DNA from: a virus
Lineage: Duplodnaviria; Caudoviricetes
Virus record (IMG/VR): IMGVR_UViG_3300004369_000863
Location: 1-26,862 of that record
Length of the DNA: 26,862 nt
Direction: 5' to 3' (one strand)
Each line of letters begins with the position of its first letter. The first letter of the stretch is position 1. The notes under the pieces were generated by a model that saw nothing but the letters and a program-made list of their open reading frames with translations, did not search any database and was not told the origin of the DNA. This document shows, piece by piece, positions 21,327 to 26,862 of this stretch. The translations under genes and the position numbers were made by a program.

Positions 21327-21830
21327 ATGGAAAATTTCGACCCGTTCGATTTTGATGACAATGAATACGACGATTTTGACGATGAGGATGTATCTTTCCT
21401 CGCAGAAAATGAAAAGAAAACAAGCAATCGCCATTCTGAAAAGTTCTTCGCAGAGCGCGTTAAGGCCTACTCTTTAGTAAGAGATTTCATAAGTAGCGAA
21501 AATGAACTAGCAATAAATGAAGTAGTCAGGCAATGTGAGAATCGCTTGGGGTGGCAGCTGGAAGTAGTGACCGACAAGCACGTAATAGATGATGTATTGT
21601 TGAGAGACTACGGGATATACGATGAGCATTCGTGGATTCGCTATAAAAATTCGTGGTTTGAAAAAAGAGCCCGCTACGACATGCACCACATTGGGTTGAT
21701 GCACTCAACAATGTTCGCCCGCACTCTGGCCAAAAAGAAATTATCATCCAAGGCACGCACCTTATTGTTCGTCCGGGAGTTGCTGTGGACGATCACAAAA
21801 AAGATTGATAGGAAAATACAAAAACCTTAA
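21327..21830 (+). CDS. Hypothetical protein with acidic N-terminus and basic C-terminus
   Basis: Start revised to ATG 21327 (TGcTATTCT-6 nt-ATG). Confidence 0.75.
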   Translation: MENFDPFDFDDNEYDDFDDEDVSFLAENEKKTSNRHSEKFFAERVKAYSLVRDFISSENELAINEVVRQCENRLGWQLEVVTDKHVIDDVLLRDYGIYDEHSWIRYKNSWFEKRARYDMHHIGLMHSTMFARTLAKKKLSSKARTLLFVRELLWTITKKIDRKIQKP

Positions 21831-21888
21831 ATTTTTGTTGATTTCACTCCCGTGAGTTGATACTCTCAACTCAACGAATGGGGGTTTT

Positions 21889-22224
21889 GTGACAAAACAA
21901 AGCGATGAATTTTTTAAGGTAATTGAAAATGGGGCTTGCAGGAATCTTCCAACAGTATGGTTCTTTCCGGATCAAGCAGGCAAAGTTGAGACCTTAGACA
22001 ACACCAAAAAAGCAAGAGCAGCTTGTAATGGTTGTGCAATCAATTCGGTTTGTTTTAACCATGCAGTACGCCATGAAGATTACGGAATTTGGGCTGGTCT
22101 ATCTCCGCACGAGAGAAAGGTCTGGCGTAAGGTTCATAAAGTGGAATTTCTTTCGTTGACTGTTCAGGCTGAGTCTTGGGCGATGAATTACGACCGCACC
22201 TTCAGAGAACAGGGCTGTGATTAA
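21889..22224 (+). CDS. whiB: WhiB-family Fe-S transcription factor
   Basis: GAC...FFP...ACNGC.....C...YGIWAGLS..ER: four Cys plus the G(I/V)WxG turn. Confidence 0.9.
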   Translation: MTKQSDEFFKVIENGACRNLPTVWFFPDQAGKVETLDNTKKARAACNGCAINSVCFNHAVRHEDYGIWAGLSPHERKVWRKVHKVEFLSLTVQAESWAMNYDRTFREQGCD

Positions 22225-22230
22225 CATTCA

Positions 22231-24030
22231 ATGAGCAGACCATCAGCACCGCACATTCAGGACTTCCTCAACGGCCTACAGAAGGTACGAGCGACTGGTG
22301 GCGACAATCAATGGGTTGCGCTTTGCCCGTGCCGAAATGACGACAACACGCCAACGCTGTCAATCGGTGTTGGTACGGATGACAAGATATTGCTTAATTG
22401 TCATCGTGGCAGCGAAGCGTGCGACGCAGAGGAAATCTGTAAGGCGATGAACATTTCAATCTCGGCCCTCTATCCACCAGAAACGAAGAAGAAAACTAAG
22501 GGCAAGAAAAAGATTGAAGCGACCTACCAATATCTAGACGAAGAATTTAATCCGTTGTATGAGAAAGTTAAATACCGATATGACGATGGTTCAAAAGAAT
22601 TTCGTCAGCGAGTACAAGACCCTAATGACCCAACCAACTATCTCTATTCCCTGAAGGATGTGCGTCGAGTTCTTTACAACCTGCCTATGGTTGTTCTTGG
22701 AATCAAATCCAAGCAACCGATCTGGGTCGTTGAGGGCGAGAAGGACGCCGAGACACTGATCGCCCGTGACCTAATTGCAACGACTCCTCCAAATGGGGCG
22801 AATACTTGGGATCCAACATTCACTGAGTTGTTGAGTCAAGCAGAAGTTGTCAATATCATCGCCGACAACGACAAGCCTGGTCGTGACCACGCATTAAAAA
22901 TTCAAATGCTGTTGCAAGGTGCTGGCTGTCCCAAAGTATCCGTGTATATATCCCCGCACGGCAAAGATGTAACCGATCACATCAGTCTTGGGTATAAGTT
23001 CAGCGACCTCTCGCGGGTGGATGCAGAGTTGCCCGAAACTCAAGCCAACGAACCCGTGGCTGTGCAGAGCGAAGATCAAGTATTGCTCGGGCACATTGCT
23101 GACATATTCGCCAAAGATGAATTAGAGACACACCAGAAGGTTCAGCGTGCCCGTGGGCTTCTTGATTCGTTTGGATTGACCGACTTAGGGGACAAAGGCC
23201 GGCTCGTCGTATGGTCTGAGTTTGTTGATGAAATATCTGAGGACACATATGACTGGGTGGTGCCAGGCTTGATTGAGCGACAGGAACGCATAATTGTTGT
23301 GGCTGCAGAGGGCGTAGGTAAAACGATGCTCGCAAGACAGATTGCCATTTTGTCGGCGATAGGGCTTCATCCATTTACCTTCCAGCCAATGCCCGCAATT
23401 AGAACGCTGACTATTGATCTTGAGAACCCTGAACGCATTATTAGGCGCACATCTCGATGGATTATGCAGCAAGCCACCAAGTTCGCCAAAGATAAATATG
23501 GTCGCCACGAAGTAAGTTGTGATGCTCACTTGTTGATTAAGCCAGCGGGCATTGACCTGATCTCACCCGTAGGTCGTGCTCTATTTGAGGAGACAGTTGA
23601 TTTGATTCGCCCGCAGTTGCTCTGTATCGGTCCGCTCTATAAGTCCTATCACGACACTGGGACGCTGACATCGGAAGCCTTGGCTGTAGAGGTAGCAAAG
23701 TTTCTTGATTACATCCGTGACGTTTATGACTGTGCGTTATGGATCGAGCACCACGCTCCGTTAGGGCAATCACAATTGTCTCGTGAGCTGCGACCTTTTG
23801 GTTCGGCTGTGTGGTCGCGCTGGCCAGAGTTTGGTCTTGCTCTGGCTCCAGATCCGACATCGGGGAGTGAGTACATCTACGACGTCAAACACTTTAGAGG
23901 GGCACGAGATCGTCGCCCGTGGCCAGTAAAGATGAGGCGTGGGGTGCAGTTCCCATTTGAGACATTGGAGTTTATGAAGCACGATATTGATGAGCCAAAG
24001 TCACCCGTACACCAAAATGAGGATTTCTAG
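22231..24030 (+). CDS. Primase-helicase: Zn-binding domain + TOPRIM + RepA/AAA_25-type helicase
   Basis: CPC.NDD..TLSI...CH; EGEKD and DND TOPRIM motifs; AAEGVGKT Walker A; IDLEN; EHH. Confidence 0.9.
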   Translation: MSRPSAPHIQDFLNGLQKVRATGGDNQWVALCPCRNDDNTPTLSIGVGTDDKILLNCHRGSEACDAEEICKAMNISISALYPPETKKKTKGKKKIEATYQYLDEEFNPLYEKVKYRYDDGSKEFRQRVQDPNDPTNYLYSLKDVRRVLYNLPMVVLGIKSKQPIWVVEGEKDAETLIARDLIATTPPNGANTWDPTFTELLSQAEVVNIIADNDKPGRDHALKIQMLLQGAGCPKVSVYISPHGKDVTDHISLGYKFSDLSRVDAELPETQANEPVAVQSEDQVLLGHIADIFAKDELETHQKVQRARGLLDSFGLTDLGDKGRLVVWSEFVDEISEDTYDWVVPGLIERQERIIVVAAEGVGKTMLARQIAILSAIGLHPFTFQPMPAIRTLTIDLENPERIIRRTSRWIMQQATKFAKDKYGRHEVSCDAHLLIKPAGIDLISPVGRALFEETVDLIRPQLLCIGPLYKSYHDTGTLTSEALAVEVAKFLDYIRDVYDCALWIEHHAPLGQSQLSRELRPFGSAVWSRWPEFGLALAPDPTSGSEYIYDVKHFRGARDRRPWPVKMRRGVQFPFETLEFMKHDIDEPKSPVHQNEDF

Positions 24031-24046
24031 AGACTACAATTTATGT

Positions 24047-24733
24047 ATGGCAGATACCTCAGAGCCCAACAAGAAAACTAGCAAATCTCTAACGCGCGAG
24101 TTCCTCTCTGAGCGAGACCTCCGGATATTTAAGATGCGATGCGCAGGGATTCAACACGCAGAGATAGCTCGTAGGTTCGGGATGACCACAGCGTCTGTTG
24201 GTAGTTCAATCCGAAGACAACTTGAAAGGCTCAACAGCGAAGCTTTGGTTGCGTATCCAGAAGTCCTCCGTATGGAATTGGAGCGATTGGACTCGTTGCA
24301 GAATAACATCTGGCCACAAACGCAACATCGAAAGCAAGTTGATGAAAATGGCACAGAGATAATGCTTGAGCCAGACCTGAAGGCGGTTGACAGAGTGTTG
24401 GCAATAATGGCTGCTCGATCTCGGCTCGTTGGTTTGGAGCGACAGAACGTATCAATGCAAATAGATGTGTCATCTAGCGGAGAACAGATTCGGGCAACAC
24501 TTGCTGGAGCGGCACCTAAAGAATCCAGCTTTGAACGATTCTCACCAGAGTCTGAAGCCAGAAAACTGATTGCACTTATGGCTTCAAGCGGGGTTATATC
24601 CTCTGATGTTCTTACAGAACTGTCTGGGGGCAAGGTTCTTGAAGTATTGAATACTCGAGAAGAGCAATTAGGGTCGGATAATCTTGCGTTAGCCTTACCC
24701 GTAGGAGAAACCGAGGAGAACGACAATGCGTAA
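24047..24733 (+). CDS. HTH DNA-binding protein (actinophage type, possibly terminase small subunit-like)
   Basis: MRCAGIQHAEIARRFG HTH; ELERLD.L...W; AVDRVL.IM..R.RL.GL; start revised to 24047. Confidence 0.7.
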   Translation: MADTSEPNKKTSKSLTREFLSERDLRIFKMRCAGIQHAEIARRFGMTTASVGSSIRRQLERLNSEALVAYPEVLRMELERLDSLQNNIWPQTQHRKQVDENGTEIMLEPDLKAVDRVLAIMAARSRLVGLERQNVSMQIDVSSSGEQIRATLAGAAPKESSFERFSPESEARKLIALMASSGVISSDVLTELSGGKVLEVLNTREEQLGSDNLALALPVGETEENDNA

Positions 24734-24998
24734 ACCAGATCCATCTAATCCAACAGCCCCCAAAGATTCAGTACAGGTAATCATTCGGACGAAGGAAGAA
24801 GAACGAGAACTCTGGAAAGCCACTGCGGCAGAAGTCGGTTTGAGTATGGCTGAGTGGGTTCGTACGGCTTGCAACAAGGAGGTGGAAGCAAGAGCCAGGT
24901 TGTTAGTTTGTGAACATCCGCTAGAGTTCAGAGAGTCATACCCGTGGCAAGAAACATGTACTAAGTGTCAAACTAGATTATGGAGTGAATCTACATGA
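24726..24998 (+). CDS. Ribbon-helix-helix-like protein with C-terminal Zn-binding motif
   Basis: QVIIRT.EEERE.WK..A...GLSMAEWVR; CEH...CTKC. Confidence 0.7.
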   Translation: MRKPDPSNPTAPKDSVQVIIRTKEEERELWKATAAEVGLSMAEWVRTACNKEVEARARLLVCEHPLEFRESYPWQETCTKCQTRLWSEST

Positions 24999-25414
24999 GT
25001 GCACAAACAGCCGAAGCGAACAAAGCCCGAAGAAGAAATGCTCAAATCAGGCGAGATGCAATACGTAAAGAGCAACGTTTGCTTGAGAAGCAATCAACGA
25101 TTATCTCAACAGAAAATGCAAAGGTAATTAATTTCATCCCAATCGGCGTTTCACCTATTCGTGTTGCATTGAAGTTTGCAAAAACCAGTGGTGCGACAGG
25201 CTTCCTTCCAGCGAGACTCAAACATCTCAATCCATCTATGTTTCACTGTGACGAGCAGATCGCTGAAACGATTGCGATATTGTGTCGACACAAATTCCTC
25301 AAGCGATGCGAAGACGGGAAATATGCAATCACCGACCGTGGCACCCGTGGCGTTTCTTTAATTGTTCAAAGAGAGCCAAGTCGTAATTCGTATTCGAATA
25401 GCGAAGAAGACTAA
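24995..25414 (+). CDS. Basic hypothetical protein, possible winged helix
   Basis: ATGA overlap; L...KFL.....KYAITDRG wing-like motif. Confidence 0.65.
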   Translation: MSAQTAEANKARRRNAQIRRDAIRKEQRLLEKQSTIISTENAKVINFIPIGVSPIRVALKFAKTSGATGFLPARLKHLNPSMFHCDEQIAETIAILCRHKFLKRCEDGKYAITDRGTRGVSLIVQREPSRNSYSNSEED

Positions 25415-25647
25415 CTTTTTCGTTTAAACCAGCGAGCCAAAACATTGAGTCTCGTGGCCTTCTTATTGATGTCGTGCACGTAAGTCACAGAACCAATTGC
25501 GCCAACAGCGGGCTTATTCACCGCAACTTTCTTTGTCGCTGCTCTTTTTGCTGGAGTTGCTGATTTACTGCCAGAAGCTTTCTTGGCGGTTGATGGTTTT
25601 CTACTTGCTTTTCTCACTGGTTTCTTATCGGCCACTTTATTCTCCAA
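25411..25647 (-). CDS. Lys/Ala-rich histone-like small basic protein
   Basis: KKPVRKASRKPSTAKKAS...PAKRAATKK; TTG start; 4-nt convergent stop overlap. Confidence 0.6.
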   Translation of the reverse strand: MENKVADKKPVRKASRKPSTAKKASGSKSATPAKRAATKKVAVNKPAVGAIGSVTYVHDINKKATRLNVLARWFKRKS

Positions 25648-25759
25648 TCGTTAGTACGAACAACTTAGTAGGCAGTGCTGTGGTTTTGGCAGACCTCAGC
25701 CCGTGAGCCTTCTGGTCGGCGTACTATTGGTAATGCTTCAAACGCCGTTTATAACATCT

Positions 25760-26362
25760 ATGGACAAGTTGGCTCTGGCTGTTAGTTCGTCAGTGACAGC
25801 GAAGGAACTGACAGTCAAGGAAGACGGCATAGGTGAGGACATCAACATCAACCTCTATCTCTGGCAGGGGGCGTACTTGGGTGCAATATGTCAGATGTCA
25901 ACAGCAATTATGCAAAAAAGCCATGGACTACGATTCACCTGCATCGTAGACGCAATGATAATTCTGCGACAATCGCTATGTATAGACGCAGTAACAATGA
26001 TCGCAGAAGGGTATGTCAGTATTGACCCAAGCAAAACATTGTTGACCCCCCTTGATAAAGCGTTTGTTGAACTTCCGGAAGCGGTTAAGGAGTGTCTAAC
26101 ATTCACACACGTATACGGCGATCAAGTGCTGTTCATAACGAAACCATATAAGTACACGACACCTAGGGCAATTATCTGGGAAGACGAAATATATCTACCT
26201 AATCAGACGATTATGCGGGGTGGCAATAGCAAGTATCCAATAATGCTCAGCAAGATAATGAAAGAGATCGCTTGTGACGATCAGCCTCTTGATAGTGAAA
26301 CATACTTCGACACAATCAACTACGGCCTACGTAAGATCGGATTTGAGATTACCTGGCTGTAA
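25760..26362 (+). CDS. Hypothetical protein (~200 aa)
   Basis: Long ORF; ATG 25760 preferred over GTG 25703. Confidence 0.75.
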   Translation: MDKLALAVSSSVTAKELTVKEDGIGEDININLYLWQGAYLGAICQMSTAIMQKSHGLRFTCIVDAMIILRQSLCIDAVTMIAEGYVSIDPSKTLLTPLDKAFVELPEAVKECLTFTHVYGDQVLFITKPYKYTTPRAIIWEDEIYLPNQTIMRGGNSKYPIMLSKIMKEIACDDQPLDSETYFDTINYGLRKIGFEITWL

Positions 26363-26384
26363 CTACCACCCGTGGAGCCTGCGA

Positions 26385-26843
26385 CTAGAGGAAGCTGTCG
26401 CCAAGGAATGGCTTAAGCGGGATCCTCTGGAACTCAAGAATCCAAGCAGGGTCAATCGTTCCTGTATAGACGAACGATACGAGATCTAGTGGATAGAAAC
26501 CACTAGGTTCTTCCTCTTCTGCACGAACAGTAAGGCGCTCGCTATCAAGCAAGCCTGCCACCACTGTACATATCACGATCTCTTCTGCCTTGATGACCTG
26601 ACCCGTGGCACTTTGGTTGGTCACCAGCTTCAGGATGTCTGCCTCACCAACGATCTTGATTCCATTACTGATTCGCACAAAGCCTGCTGCGTAGTCGGAC
26701 TTATTCGATAGATGCACAACGCCGTCAATGCCTGGGATGATGCCTGCCTGCCTGATTGTCGCTTCGCAATCAGGAAATGTAGCGTGATATAGGAAGTCAA
26801 GGGTCATCGTGCGAACTTCGCCTGATTGTTCGTTTTCAAACAT
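26385..26843 (-). CDS. Tpt1/KptA-like ADP-ribosyltransferase-fold protein
   Basis: LYHAT....TI...GI.......VHLS motif pair; C-terminal Y.G.I.P.WI. Confidence 0.6.
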   Translation of the reverse strand: MFENEQSGEVRTMTLDFLYHATFPDCEATIRQAGIIPGIDGVVHLSNKSDYAAGFVRISNGIKIVGEADILKLVTNQSATGQVIKAEEIVICTVVAGLLDSERLTVRAEEEEPSGFYPLDLVSFVYTGTIDPAWILEFQRIPLKPFLGDSFL

Positions 26844-26862
26844 AGCGTGTTAGATCCAATGC

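Noticed and set aside
11663-26489. Numerous antisense or alternate-frame ORFs within the helicase, nrdJ, DUF932, primase and HTH genes (e.g. 17306..17761, 20602..20985, 24151..24744)
   Set aside because: They are shadows of well-supported genes, with no motifs or initiation signals.
1-26862. tRNA or rRNA genes, cobalamin riboswitch before nrdJ, IS elements
   Set aside because: No cloverleaf or T-loop pattern was seen, the nrdJ leader is only ~60 nt, and no transposase is present. Not confirmed computationally.

Overview
This window looks like part of a large dsDNA phage genome. The host is probably an actinobacterium, judging by the WhiB gene, an actinobacterial-type SSB and many apparently leaderless TANNNT-N6-ATG starts. 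It has two very different halves. (1) ~1-11.2 kb is an array of at least 8 self-contained cassettes of small unknown genes: two leftward, then six rightward, diverging at ~4.0-4.5 kb. Each cassette has its own sigmaA-like promoter and most end in an intrinsic terminator. Cassettes are separated by 250-900 bp non-coding blocks built from conserved parts: an asymmetric 29-bp core (10 copies, all in one orientation regardless of gene direction), a 28-bp inverted repeat G(C/T)CCCG-N14-CGGGGC with invariant spacing (9 full copies plus 4 half sites), a 45-bp third motif (3 copies) and alternating T-tract/GC/A-tract units. Two gene families occur as paralogs in different cassettes. This multipart element is the best candidate for an undescribed system, such as a cassette-shuffling or recombination site, a protein-loading site or a structured RNA; no recombinase is visible in the window. 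(2) ~11.3-26.9 kb is a dense replication and nucleotide-metabolism region: SMARCAL1/HARP-like SNF2 helicase, SSB, PAPS-reductase-like protein, an apparently catalytically dead SpeD homolog, class II ribonucleotide reductase, DGQHR/ParB-like protein, DUF932 protein, WhiB, primase-helicase, HTH and RHH proteins and a Tpt1-like ADP-ribosyltransferase. All family calls come from motif recognition by eye; no searches were run.
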